Source: Guillardia theta CCMP2712
Lineage: Eukaryota > Protista > Cryptophyta
Length of the DNA: 64,000 nt
Direction: 5' to 3'
Assembly: GCF_000315625.1 (NCBI RefSeq)
Contig: NW_005434653.1
Coordinates: forward strand, 477,745 to 541,744
Under the pieces are notes generated by a model. The model was not told the origin of the DNA. It ran no database searches and saw only the letters and a list, made by a program, of their open reading frames with translations. Positions 10,680 through 22,691 of the stretch are shown in pieces. How positions within the stretch are numbered: position 1 is the first letter of the stretch; each line of letters starts with the position of its first letter. The translations under genes were made by a program, and so were the position numbers.

Positions 10680-13194
10680 TTACATGAGGACATGACTGGG
10701 AGCTTCGCTGATGAAAGAATTTATGCCTTCCTAATTGAATAGAAATTCCAGCTGTTGAAATCTTTCCAAGACTCGCCTTACCTCACAAAAAGCCGTTGGC
10801 TTGACATAGTTTCAATATTCTCCAATGTAATTTGTCATGCGCCACTGCCCTGTCTTCGTCCAACAGATCAACATTGCATTTATCTGCGATTCCAACTGTG
10901 AGCTATGAGTTTCACTTCGCACAAGCGATATAGACCATTTGGGAGAACCTCAAAAGATAAAATCGACGGCAGCCCTTTAGCAACTCTGCTCTCTTCATTC
11001 AAGGCGATCGCTGTAAATCGATTCACTTCTGTTCCGCAGAAAGTTACACACACAAAGTTAAACCTATTACGACATCAGGAACGCAGACGTTGTTCGAAAG
11101 CCTCAACGATGCAATGGATTGGCTCAATTTTGACAGGATTTCATAAGAATACGGCAATCCAGCAAGATTGCCATGCATGTTCTTGCAAGTGTTCAAAAAT
11201 GCTTGTAGTAATTCTAAAGATTCAGGAATGAAATCGGGATCGAGACTTCTGGCCTGTTCAAGAATCGCAACCAGGCAGGCATCATCAGAATCAACCTCAT
11301 TGGACCAAGGTTGTTGATTCATGCAAAACCTTGATACAGTCAGATCTGAACTCTATACCAACACAGAGAGGAATGGAGAGCGAGAGAGATATACCTTGCA
11401 AGCTGACTATCGAAGGCTTGATCAGGCGTTTCTTTCAGATTGCATGCCAGGTCAAATTGGCCCAGTATGTTGGAATGGCTCTGACTTTCAAGATATTCGT
11501 CTTCGAGCATACAAACCAATGAAATGCATACAGGAATGCTCATTGTATCCTTTCCCTTGCCAACATCGATCCTCTGACCCCTTAAAATACTAGATATTGA
11601 GTTCAGATCGGACGTTTTCCGATAAGCCTCAAAATTAAGTATGCAACAGATGCCCCCATTCACAGATGTCAACTCGTTTCCTTCAATGCGCCAGCTTTCA
11701 GATTCTCCTGATTCTTTGAACATTTTTGGTTTCAATGAACCTCCATCGGATAAAGCTCTGAGCCATGCAAAGGGTATCCTGGCGCTTTCGCAAAGCTTTT
11801 GCACTCTCTGCATGATTGCAAAAATGAATCGTCGGTTGCCACCAAATGTCACCAAATGAGTTCTTTTTCGCACATGCTTGACGTTTGAGTCTATCGGGAT
11901 GTCTTCATTTGATCCAGAAATCGCGCATAGTACTGCAACATAAAAATCATATGGTACTTGAGGAGACACTGCTTACACATGCACAGCTTGCACTTGAAGA
12001 GAGGTTTGAAATCTGGAAATATGCGATCGATAACATCGCTGATGAAAGAAATTGCGCTTGCCATGCTTTGATCACTTTGGAGCAAGTCTCTGTTGCATGT
12101 CACAATAGGTATTCCAAAGTTGTAAGCATCGAAGTAAATGTTCCTTTGCCCAATCCCAGGAGCCTTCACAATCAAACTTGAAATTGCAGATTCGATAACT
12201 TTGATTTGTCCACAAAAAACGATGCGAAGGCCTAGAGGGAAACTGAAGACGTGTTACTACCCAGCAGAAAAGACTATGGAGTGGGACAACCTATAATTTT
12301 CCACAAGGTCGTCTTGTACCCGCACGATCATCACTTGGTTTTTGCCCATATGGATCGCCAGAAATTGTACCTGATGCAATCATGTCACTTACAATTACGA
12401 CTCTTGACAGAAAGATCTATCCTGGTACATGACTCTTTCTCTGCAGTCTTCTGTCAGATTAGAAGAACTGCAAAATTTGCAGACACTGGGATAGCTCTCC
12501 TCTCCAGCATTCAGGATTGAAAAAGTTTGCTGGCCTTCATAGCAGTATCGTGTTTCACTGCAATCTTTTCAGAGTTTCCTTTTTTGAACAGATATAGACG
12601 AGAGTTTTGATTACCATTTGACCCTTTGCGACCAGATTTGGCTTCTCATGAAAATCAGTCATGTCTAAGCATTCTCAAGATCTCATCACCTTGAGCTACT
12701 TTCAACTGCAATGATTACTCCTTCGATTCTCTGCAAGTGTTTGGACTTCATATCGAGCCAAGGGAGACAAGGAATGCAAGAAGGTCGGACCCATAACCTG
12801 CAAAAAAAGTGATTCTAAAATCCGTGGCAACAGCAAAATGGTAAAACAGACGAATATCACACCTCAAACATTCGACATCGACCTTGCCAACATCTGTGCA
12901 AGCTGTGATGAAAATTTTGCATGCAGCGAGGAGAGATTTCTGGAATCCCGCATAGTCCTTGAGGAAATATTCAGAAAGATAAGGGAATTCGTCCGCCAAA
13001 AGCAGGAAGTCCAATGGAATCACGACACGATTCACGACCGCATCATACAATTCAAGAATGGCTTGTCCTTCTCTCACGACCCAGCTCTGCAATTCATCCA
13101 GGACTTTTGTCCAGGAGCTCTGAGTGACGTGCTTGCTCTGCTGCATGACCAGCTCCTTGTAGGCGTCCTCCCTCACGCGCTGCCATCGATGCAT
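10680..13194 (-). CDS. MCMDC2: MCM-domain-containing protein 2-like (ATPase-dead MCM paralogue)
   Basis: MCM N-domain (IPLDFLLLADEFPYLSEYFLKD) and OB-fold pieces (IEGVIIAV; VRVQDDLVENYRL; FDAYNF). AAA+ region with WRIEGNELTSVNGGICCILNFE and ILGQFDL, and a lid helix ILSKLSQSIASLRLSNNVCVPDVVIGLTL. Walker A, Walker B and the Arg finger are degenerate. Confidence 0.7.
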
Positions 13195-13324
13195 GGCGCT
13201 GCCGACCCACAAACTTGCCGCCTCCTGATCGCTGTCAACAAAGTTTCCCGCGCAAACTGAACTGCAGGGACTAGTAGGCCCACCCCCGGCTGTGACTCGC
13301 CATAACTGAAAAACTCAGTTGAAA

Positions 13325-14105
13325 AATGATCCCGGGGCTCACTGACTGCCAGCGCCACGCCGGGCCCGGGCCCGTGACTCAGTGATCGGACTGCCAGTCA
13401 CTGTTAGGCTTGTGACGGTGAATGGCTCCCAGTGCGGCCCGGCCAGGGCACCCGGTACCGTACCGTTCATGTCCCCCAGCCCGGGATCAGGCTCTCCTCA
13501 CTGCCGTGAGCCTCCGGGAGCGGACGCCGGGACTCTGCCATCATGCTCTGTGGATGCTTGGGTTTCGGAAGTTCACAGCCTAGCATACAGCCTACTAGGA
13601 TCTATTAAATTCGGACTTGAGCAAAAACTGTCCGATCCTGGGTCTGATCATCGCAGGTAGAGGTCAGCTTTCCTGTATGTTTTGGTCTAAAACATATAAA
13701 AAAGTTGTTTTAAAGTTTTTTTCTTACATTGATGTTTTCATTTTTTACGATGCGCTCTTGTTGGAAATATTTTTTTTGTACAAAAATAAAACAAAAATCG
13801 TTAACAATAACCGTGATCCGATCGTCTCAACCAATTTTCTGAACAAAATTGTATTTGTTGCACCTGAGGTCGATATGATGTCTGCATTACTTTAGTACAG
13901 GCGAGTCTAACAAACTTGTGCTCCGGCGTCCGATCAGACTCCGGGCCCGGGCTGCGGCGGTCACCGCACCGTCGGGTCACTGCTGGCGTACGCCGGGGCC
14001 GTAGACTCGGCCCGGCGGACCCGGTACTTGAGTGCGCGGTTTGTAACGTACCGGCAGAGAGGGTCACCTGTTGGGGGTAGGGTTACCTAGTATAACCCCA
14101 CCCAT
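13325..14105. promoter_or_regulatory. Divergent promoter: GC island, AT-rich spacer (13670-13860), second GC island, GGGGTAG/TACCCC motifs
   Basis: CGGGCCCGGGCCCG, TGACTCA and GGTACCGTACCG words; lies between the MCMDC2-like and ODAD3 starts. Confidence 0.5.
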
Positions 14106-14618
14106 GGATCATTTCATGCCATTTTGATCTTTAAAATGTTGCTTAGGGTGGGTGGTCCCCGTTGAAATGGGGGTGGTGGGTGGGTGCCTGGGTGGGTAGG
14201 AGGGCGAGGGGGATGAGGTCCAACGGCCAAATGCGATAACCGCCGGCGGAGCATGCTGGAGGAAGCGATTGGAGGAAGAGAGGAAGAGAGCGGACGAGGG
14301 GAGGAAGGGAAGGAGAAGGAGGGGAGAGAGGAAGTAATGATTCCGATCTTTGTGGTTCAGAAGGAGAATATGCAAGAGACAAAGTGATCGACGAGGAGCA
14401 AGAGGAAAGCGAGGTGCGGTAGGGAGGAGCCTGGACAAAGGCAGGGGGGTGGACGGCATAGGGGAGTTAGAGCATCGAAATAGAATAAGAAGGGAGGCAG
14501 AAGAATGCGTTTTTGTGCCATGGCCCAAGATATGTTATTGACTGCATTCCAGACAGGTGGGCATCTTGGAAGGACTTCTTGTACAACAGTGCGTTGTTGA
14601 CGCAACTCCTGGCTCCCG

Positions 14619-16395
14619 ATGGGGCGAGCCGTGAATGTGGTCGCCGCAACGGAAGATGAGCTCGCAGATCTGCAGCGGAAGTTTCATCTCCTTGAAGGCG
14701 ACAGGAAGGCATTCTATGAGGCTTCACAGTGGACCATCAAGCAGAACAAAGAGACCCTTGAACTTGTCAAGGAGGAGAACCGACATTTCAAAGAGGCGTT
14801 GGCGCTCTTGCAGAAGGAAAGAGGAAATGCATCGGAGAAGTCTTCACTCAGTACAGTTGAGAGACTCACGCAGGAAGTAAATGAGCTGAAGAAGAGGTAC
14901 AACGAGCTGCGACACATCTCCAAGGTCAAACAACAAGAGTTAACGAAGCGCAACGATGAGCTCCGTGATCTGGAGAAGGACAGCGAGCGTGCAAGCCAGG
15001 ACAATCCTCTGGCAAAGCAGATCAAGATCCTTGAAAGCAAGCTTGAAAAGGCCAACATGAAGTGCAACGAGGCCGCCGCCTTCCGCAAGACATACGACCA
15101 CATCATCAACAGGCTCAAGGACGAGAAGCGACACTTTGACGTTCAGCTGCAGGAATCGATGAGCATCCTGAAAGCAAAGGAAGCAGACTTGGCTGAGCTG
15201 ATTCAGATGTCGACAGATGCTCACAGAGCAAAGGAAGTCGCAAAGTCTGAGCTGGCAAGGTTGGAGCAGACGATTGCAGAGGAGAGGAAGATTAGACAGA
15301 AGGAGCTGGCGGAGAGGAGGAAGCTGGTTCAGGCAAAGATCGAGGTGAACCAACGGATGGAACAACGAGAGCGCAAGCGACGTGAGCTGCAGCTGGAAGC
15401 TGCAGGAGAGCTGAACGTTGACGGGGAGCAGAACTTGATCAAGAACTACATTGCGCAAGGGTTTTACTCCGCCAGTGCGGAACATGAACTGCAGATGCAG
15501 AAGGACAAGGTGACAACGTACGAGGAAGCGTTTCGTCGGATCAAGGAGGCAACGGGGATCGAAGACATCAACGAAGTGATCGAGAAATACCTCACACAAG
15601 ACGAGACAGCGATGAATCTAACGGAGCTGACGAAGGAGGCCCATGCCCGCATTCAAGCTCTGAACGAAGAGAAGCGACAGGCAAAGGAGAAAGTGGAGGA
15701 GATGCGCTACTCTGGGCCAGGATCGTATGGATCCAGTAGGATCAAGGATGAGTATCAGTCGAAGTTGCTGGAAGTGAGCAAGAAGTGTGAGAAGAACAGG
15801 AAGCGATACGAGAAGTTGGCGAAGCTTCTCGTCAATGCCAAGGTGAATGTTGTGACGACGGTGAAGTCAAAGATGTGACTGTTGCCTGCAGGCTGGAATC
15901 GAGCACCTCTATGAGAGGCTCGAGGTTGTAAAATTGGGAATCGACGAAGGGAAGAAGCCGGAGATGAATGATGAGGAGATCATGGATGTTGTGAAAATCT
16001 GTGAGCGGAAGCTCGGCATGCTCGTCGATGTGGAGGCAGAAGTAGAAGCAGGAGGGATCGAGATATCAACAGATGGCGAGGACGCGAAGAAACAAACAGG
16101 ATTGGAGGCGGCTGCCAACAACATCAGGATTGTGCTGTCCGACAACGAGGACGAGTCAGATGATGACATGGAAGACGATGGCGATGACGATGAGCTTCCT
16201 ATCGACAGAGAGAAACTCAAAGATCATGCTCAGGCCACCGTTGAGAAAGCGAATCGAAAGGGAAGGAGCAAGGGGAAGAAACGCGAGCAGAACATCAGTA
16301 GGCTGGGATCAACGACCAAGTCGATCGCGCCCCATCCTCCGTCGTCGGCTAAACCTGCATCCGCGGGACCAAGATCGAGCATGAAGCGATCATGA
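14619..16395 (+). CDS. ODAD3: Outer dynein arm docking/assembly coiled-coil protein (CCDC151/ODAD3)
   Basis: N-terminal LQRKFHLLEGDRKAFYEASQWTIKQNKETL signature and YEEAFRRIKEATG. A single intron 15843-15891 joins to AGIEHLYERL. Confidence 0.85.
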
Positions 16396-16481
16396 AGAGA
16401 CTTTCAGTGTCGACATAACCTCTCAAGGAAGACGATTAAGACTGTTGGATTAGACTAATACTTGTATGTTGCTGGTTACAT

Positions 16482-17813
16482 TTACATCCGAGAACTCGAT
16501 GCTATCGAGCTCCGTTCTAGTGACGACTTCTTCTTCACCTCAGTCAAATGTTTCTTGATCGCGTGATGTTGCTGCGGTGTAAGCAGGATATTCATGAAGG
16601 GGGTCTCCTTGTAGCTAGGGAGCGCTGCCATGCCCATCTGCTTCGCTGCGAGGAGGCGGAGAGGGAGGCAGTGGTTGAGGAAGTCTGCAAGATGGGTGAG
16701 GGCATGACAGCAGGCTCATCGGTCAACCTTGAACTTCTTGGTTTGAAGGAGCGTCTGGATCCTCATCTTCACAGTAACCTCCGCGTGATCTCGCCACCTT
16801 TCTTATTTGTTCTTCCGCCGCTTGTTTCCTGGCTGCTTCCTCCCTGGCTAACTTAGCTCTTCGAAGATCTTCGATTCTTCGTCGCTCTGCCTCCTGTGAT
16901 TATATCATGAGCACAATACCCTTGTGGCACAGAAGAAGACCTGTTTCTCTTTCTTCAGCCTTTCTTCTTCTGCTTCTCTCAGCTTGTTGAGTTCTGCATC
17001 CCTTCGTTGTCTTTCTTCAAGCTCAATTCTTTGCCGTTCTTCCAACTCTCGCTGTCTCCTCTCCTCTTCCTCCTTCTGTATCTTCAACAATCGCTCTTGC
17101 TCTCTCTTCCTCATCAGCTCCTCTTCTCGCTGCAGCCTGGCTTGGTTTTCTACCTTCTTTCGTTCTTCAATGGCTTTTCTCTTCTCAATATCTTTCTCTG
17201 CCGCTTTGTCAACCAACTCTTTGATCAGCTTGACTTTATCTCCTGGTCTCCGAAGTTGCACAGCAACCTGGTTGAACTCCTTCAGTCCCTTCAGCTCTCC
17301 AACCGGATCGCCGTTTTTCAGGAATGTCAGGATCCCGTCGCACATTTGTATCCCTATGACGTCACCGCTGCCATACGAGCTTTCGGTCTTCTTGACAACC
17401 ACATCCCCCTGACAAAGGTCCCCATCGCTGGAGTAGTAGAACGCAACGTCCCGGCAGCTCTCCTGGTACCAATCATTGCCAATCACCATCTTGTCTCCGG
17501 GATCTTTGTTGAAGCTCTCAATGCCGATGAATATTGCTCCTCGGTTAGAAGCTTTCTTGGTCACTTTCATGTGCCAACTTGCAATCATGTCCCGCCTCAC
17601 GTGGAGAGATGCATGCGCTGTTGGGATCTGCGCATGCCCCATAGCTAGTCGCTCTCCTCCTCGGATGGCCGTGACTGTCGTGTCTTCACACAGGACACGA
17701 TCGGACCACTCCAGCCAACGAGCCCTCGACATTATCTTCGTGCAACCTGACACAAGCAGATACTTAGTTGAGATCGTGTCTGGTTCTATCATCTTATGCA
17801 TGCTACACATCAC
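16482..17813 (-). CDS. SPRY/B30.2 domain protein with charged E/R/K coiled-coil tail; 5' end uncertain
   Basis: WHMKV..IFIGIE..YYSSDGDL..SYGSGDVIGIQM..ILTFLKNGDPVG matches the SPRY pattern. Downstream exons continue to a stop near 16482. Confidence 0.7.
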
Positions 17814-17943
17814 AGATTTGACTAGGAATCGTTTTCATGTCCATCGTCCCAATTTCGTCTCAACCATTTCTTTGTGTCAGCATGCCATTCTCATGTCTGA
17901 AGAAGCCCTCAACCTTGTTCACTTTTTTGAGGTTCCAAACCAC

Positions 17944-18027
17944 TCTCAATCCACTCAATGCCACATTTTTGTTCATCTTCTTCTCAACCCACTCAATGCC
18001 ACATCTTTGTTCATCTTCTTTTCAACT
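17944..18027. repeat. Two-copy ~39-bp direct repeat (TCAA-CCACTCAATGCCACAT-TTTGTTCATCTTCTT)
   Basis: Directly visible tandem duplication. Confidence 0.85.
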
Positions 18028-18599
18028 TATTCAGCGTCTGCGTACGTGCATGCCTACCTGCCTACCCCCTACCTGCCTCTCTCCTCTCCCTTCCTCCTTC
18101 TCCTCTGCCATCGTTCGCTTGTCTCTTGATCCCTTCTGACCATGTTGGCCCGAACCCAACCAACTCCCCTACCCGGTACCCTACCCCCTCATCCAGGCCT
18201 TGCAACCACGGAACTTGGACGGTCCTTCAAATAGAACCCCCTCTCGGTTGGGACCCCCTAATATCCCTCTTCCCACCCCTACATTCCACATCCACTACAC
18301 CACCCCGTTATGATCGATCGGAATCAACGGACCTACAGGATGCCGCGGCTCAATGGCGAGATGGCGAGAAATTGCAAGAGGGGGGGAGAGGAGAGAGGAG
18401 ATAAGGGAGGGGAGTGAGGAGGGAAAGAGAGAGGAGAGGATGTGGAATGTGAATGAAAGAGGAGATTGCGACAGGGAGTAGGTGAAAAGATTCTTGCAAG
18501 GGCATCGAGGCAGCTGCTTTTTCAATTTGAGAGAATCTCCGATTTACAAACATTTCAGTCTGAACGAAGCTCAAGGCAAGGCAGGGATGAGAAAAGGAC

Positions 18600-19708
18600 A
18601 ATGAGTAGTCTCCTTCTCGGTGACATGTTGCTTAGATTAGAACATGAATTGTTAGGTTCAGGCAGACGTCAAGATGGTGTGCACGCTTGCATTCTTGTGG
18701 TACAGTACAATACAGCAACGACTTACGATTGATTCAGATGACTGTCAAGCCGGACAATGCAGACCGACAGTTGCCTCAAGGCCAGATCATGCCTGGTAAG
18801 CCGCAGAATGCATAACTGAATGGATCAACCTTGATGTCGGTGTGTATCGATCATGACTATGCTCAGATCTCTATGCTGGAAAGATCAGATCTATCATGAA
18901 AAGAAAGGAGGAGAAACTGAACCAGGAGACATCCCAGGCGATCAAAGGTATTCCATCGAGACTGTGGGACTGCGTGTGTTGCTGACATGCGATAAAAGAC
19001 ATCAATCAAGAACTCTTGGATGAGGCAGCAGAGGAGGAGCTAACTCACGGCCCTTTTGTCGACTCCTTCCCGATGATGGTCTGATGTTAATCTGATTGCA
19101 ACGTTCGTTTCTAACAAGCATGCAGTCTGGTAACTACGGAACGCTCATGCAACCCAAGACAGACTCCGCGACTATCGCTGCAAGCGCCAGAGGAAGCGCT
19201 GTGACTGGAAAGGTTGGCACGCATCAAAACACTTTTTGCCTCGCTAAAGGCTTGCAGACCCCAACTGCGTTTCTAAACGGTCAGCCAATCTTCTCCGATG
19301 ACCCGATGGTACCTTTCCTAGAAAGAGTGCTCCTAGCCTCTCATGCTCTCACCAGGATCCGTTCGGAGGGACCTTGCAAAACTTCTCATCCAAGGTTACA
19401 TCAACGATGAACGCTGGAGGGATACCTGCGACGGGTTCAATCTCGTTGCCGATATCCTCAAATGTTCCGCTACAGAGCGTCTTCAGGAATCCGCAACCTA
19501 TGACCTCTCAGTTTGCGTCGTACAATGGAAGAAATCCTCAAACTACGGCTCTGGTTTCGCAAGTTCCAAATTACCAGCAAAGTCCACAAATGTTTTCACG
19601 GGTATAGGTAACTCTGTGAGATTCTAGTTGTGCTGAACCATCTGGCAGGGACCAGGGCTCCGTCAAGAAGTCGTTCGATACTCGGACTTTTCGGGAGATA
19701 CGTTCTGA
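18600..19708 (+). CDS. Hypothetical multi-exon protein, S/P/Q/T-rich
   Basis: Short GT-AG introns join SGNYGTLMQPKTDS.., TPTAFLNGQPIFSDDPM, DPFGGTLQNFSSK..QMFSR and GPGLRQEVVRYSDFSGDTF*. No recognisable domain; boundaries approximate. Confidence 0.45.
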
Positions 19709-19762
19709 AAAAAATGAGTGTGGGACCTATAAAATACAGGATGTCACGAAGTATGATAATTC

Positions 19763-19833
19763 AATCTTTACTCAGAGAGCTGATTTCATCATCGTGTATC
19801 AATCTTTACTCAGAGAGCTGATCTCATCGTCGT
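19763..19833. repeat. Two-copy 38-bp direct repeat (AATCTTTACTCAGAGAGCTGAT...) between convergent genes
   Basis: Copies begin at 19763 and 19801. Confidence 0.9.
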
Positions 19834-19840
19834 CCCACCT

Positions 19841-21676
19841 TCACACTGAAATTTTCTCGAGAGATTGACCTCGACTCAAGGTACTCGACCATGACACGAC
19901 ATGGAGAGGCTTCGAGACAAAGTCAGCAAGAGCTTCAGGCTCTTGGTCCTGCTTGTTGGCCGTCGCGGAGATTCGAAACCGAAACGGGTTGAGAGGAAGT
20001 CTGTCTGCTTCCCTGTAGATGATACACTGAGGGTAGTCCTCCCATCCGTATCTTATCTCGTAGGTCTCCCAATCAGAAGGCAGCGAACTTGCAGCAGCGT
20101 ACCAGCCCTGTCCTTCAGCAAGAGTCGTGAAGACAGACTCAGACTGAGAGGCATCGGGAGCGGAATCAGCATCGCCTGCATACTTCCCAAAGAGATGAAA
20201 CACTCCACTTTCTCGACAACAGTCCCAGCAGGAAGCGGCATCAAGAGAGACCATCCTTCCATCATGTGCTCTTGTGCTTACGTTTACCAGCCAGATCACA
20301 GAATCTGGCGTTTGTTCTTCCAGAACCCATCGAGAATAATATCTCGATATCGTGCCCACCTTCAAGCTCCTCATCGCAGAGCTGTTCCACACTGAGACTG
20401 TGATAGAGGTCACCTCCGGAGCAACAGCAGAATCAAGGCTCCCATGAAAGACACCGATGGCAACTCGTGCCAGCCTCAAGCCGACTTCCTTCTTTCTCCT
20501 TGGATGGATTGGACCTAAAGGAGATTCCACGTCTCCCAGATCATATGCTGGGACCACGAAGACATTCTCCATCTTTGTAGCAAAAGTCTGCGCCTGACGA
20601 ATTTCAGGCAGCAGCCCAGCAAAGTTTACATCTGCAGCCAATCCAACACTCAGGAATGGAATGCTCGCTCCGTCGTCGGAGAAAACCCTCCTCCAGCCTC
20701 GAATCAGACCCGGGAAGAGACAGCGATAGCCTTCGGGATCGTTGGCGTTGCTTTCTCCTTGATACCAAAGGAATGCTCTCACCGACATAGGGGACAAAGC
20801 AGAAATCACGTTAGCAAACAGAACGCCGTCACCCTGTATCGGTCCAAAACCGTGCGGATGGAAGACATTCATCGGATGGTGCCCTTGGATTTCACTCTTG
20901 TTGCAGGATTCCAACTCTTGTCTCGGCATGAAGTACTCTATCGGTGTGCCCGCCGTTGCCGATGCTATCAGTCCCACAGGGTGTCCACTGACATTGTGGT
21001 ACCTCATACCAAAGAAGAGGCACACGCTTGAAAAGTAACAGTCTCTCCATCCTGTAGCTCCACAAGAAGGGCCGAACACATTCTCTGCAGTCACAAGCCT
21101 CCATGAATGCAGCAAGGGAAGTTTGTGCTGCTGAGACGAGGTTTTAGACGAGAATGGAAACGGATCTGTTGTAAGGATTCTAATCCTAGGGAAATCCCAC
21201 GAGTATCCATGAATGTCTTCCGGCATCGCGTCCACGACTGACATCTGCATATTGCTCTGTCCGCTGCAGAGGAACACGTCCCCGAACAACACATCTCTTA
21301 GAGCGATCCTCTCCTCCCCAGCAACCACTTCAATAATGTGCGGCCCTCCTGGCTCTTGCGGGGCGAGCCGGAGTCTCCACTCCACGTGTCCTCCTCGCTC
21401 GGTCTGATGAAGGAGCTCGTGCGGTGATAGCGCTCCGTCCATGAAGACTTGGAGTGGGAGAGACTGGAGGGAGACGACACCCCACAGAGAGGCGGAGGCA
21501 GGACGAGACTGCAGTACCATGCCGTCTGAGAGGGCCTCAGCGAACGACAGTTGAGCTGAACCACCTGACCCCGACGAAAATGAGGAGGAGGCAGGGGGAT
21601 TGAGAGGTTCAGGAGCAGCCTGAAGCTTGAAGCTGAAGAGAAACAAGATAGCCAAGCTTCTTCGTGGACAAGGCAT
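19841..21676 (-). CDS. SIAE: Sialate O-acetylesterase-like (SGNH/SASA), secreted, intronless
   Basis: Signal peptide, SDGMVLQ, DVLFGDVFLCSGQSNM, GGT-like TAGTPIE, FLWYQGESNA, DLGD...IHPRRKKEVGLRLA. Confidence 0.9.
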   Translation of the reverse strand: MPCPRRSLAILFLFSFKLQAAPEPLNPPASSSFSSGSGGSAQLSFAEALSDGMVLQSRPASASLWGVVSLQSLPLQVFMDGALSPHELLHQTERGGHVEWRLRLAPQEPGGPHIIEVVAGEERIALRDVLFGDVFLCSGQSNMQMSVVDAMPEDIHGYSWDFPRIRILTTDPFPFSSKTSSQQHKLPLLHSWRLVTAENVFGPSCGATGWRDCYFSSVCLFFGMRYHNVSGHPVGLIASATAGTPIEYFMPRQELESCNKSEIQGHHPMNVFHPHGFGPIQGDGVLFANVISALSPMSVRAFLWYQGESNANDPEGYRCLFPGLIRGWRRVFSDDGASIPFLSVGLAADVNFAGLLPEIRQAQTFATKMENVFVVPAYDLGDVESPLGPIHPRRKKEVGLRLARVAIGVFHGSLDSAVAPEVTSITVSVWNSSAMRSLKVGTISRYYSRWVLEEQTPDSVIWLVNVSTRAHDGRMVSLDAASCWDCCRESGVFHLFGKYAGDADSAPDASQSESVFTTLAEGQGWYAAASSLPSDWETYEIRYGWEDYPQCIIYREADRLPLNPFRFRISATANKQDQEPEALADFVSKPLHVVSWSSTLSRGQSLEKISV

Positions 21677-21837
21677 TCCGATTACCTCGCTTCTGATGAT
21701 CTAGCACTTGCTGCCCTCTTTCAACTCCCCTCTTCTCTCATATAGTCCTCTCCTCCCCTTGTCCTGTCTTGTCCTGTCTTGTCCTCCTCTCCTCTCCTGT
21801 CTTGTCCTCCTCTCCTCTCTCTCTTACCTCTCTCTTA

Positions 21838-21940
21838 CCTCTCCTCTCCTCTCCTCTCCTCTCCTCTCCTCTCCTCTCCTCTCCTCTCCTCTCCTCTCCT
21901 CTCCTCTCCTCTCCTCTCCTTTCCTCTCCTCTCCTCTCCT
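21838..21940. repeat. (CTCCT)n pentanucleotide satellite; also 22944-23000 and 37555-37780
   Basis: Directly visible. Confidence 0.95.
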
Positions 21941-22691
21941 CACAGGAGCCACAAAGATCAGGAGGACAGCAAAACACTGCAAGCAGTGTCGATTTTCTGT
22001 CCTCATTCCTGCACAAACCCGCCTCAAATTGTACATTGAAGGGTGGGTGACAATAATACCGGTACTTTTAATACAATATTTGTGTCTTAGGATAGGGTAC
22101 TAGGTAAAATTTTCCTCAATTGTAGGGGTGGTCCAACTTGGTATTTGTGCTCTATGCTGGGGAGAGATGGCTAGCTAGTTTATGAAGGGCGGGTGGGAGG
22201 GTGGGAGGAGAGAGAGGAGGGAGAGGAGGAAGGAGGAAGGATGCAGAAAGACAGGATGTTGTCTTGTAGATGACCCGATCAAACGGTAACAAGGAGACCA
22301 GGAGAACAAGATGCCGGGGATGTTTACAGTCGAGCGGGGAACAGGGGGAGGGGCTGCTTAGCAGTGGCTGAGTTAAGCTGCAACAAGATGAAAACGAGGC
22401 GGTGAGAAGAGGAGAACTCAAGCGAGAGCTTGAAGTAGACTCGATGAACCAACCTACGAGTGCAAGGAGGTATGATAGGCAATCAGGGTTGTTAGAGTCG
22501 TAATTGGGACAAATACTGCATTCCATCGGCATCATCGCTTGACGCGAATTTGCAGGAATCTTCGACTCACGTTTGATATGATCATTATTGTACTTACGAC
22601 TTAAGTCCATGTTCACTATCGTGGATGCGCTTGTGATCTTTCGACCCGTACCTTAAGGATGGAGTGAAAGGTAGTAGTGCTTCTCAGAGAG

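Noticed and set aside
13325-14070. MITE or transposon (GC arms around an AT core)
   Set aside because: The arms are not inverted repeats of each other; no target-site duplication or transposase was seen.
1-16395. Functional cilia/microtubule gene cluster (TTC29, kinesin, ODAD3)
   Set aside because: Unrelated genes are interspersed and such genes are common in flagellates; no shared regulatory motif was seen.
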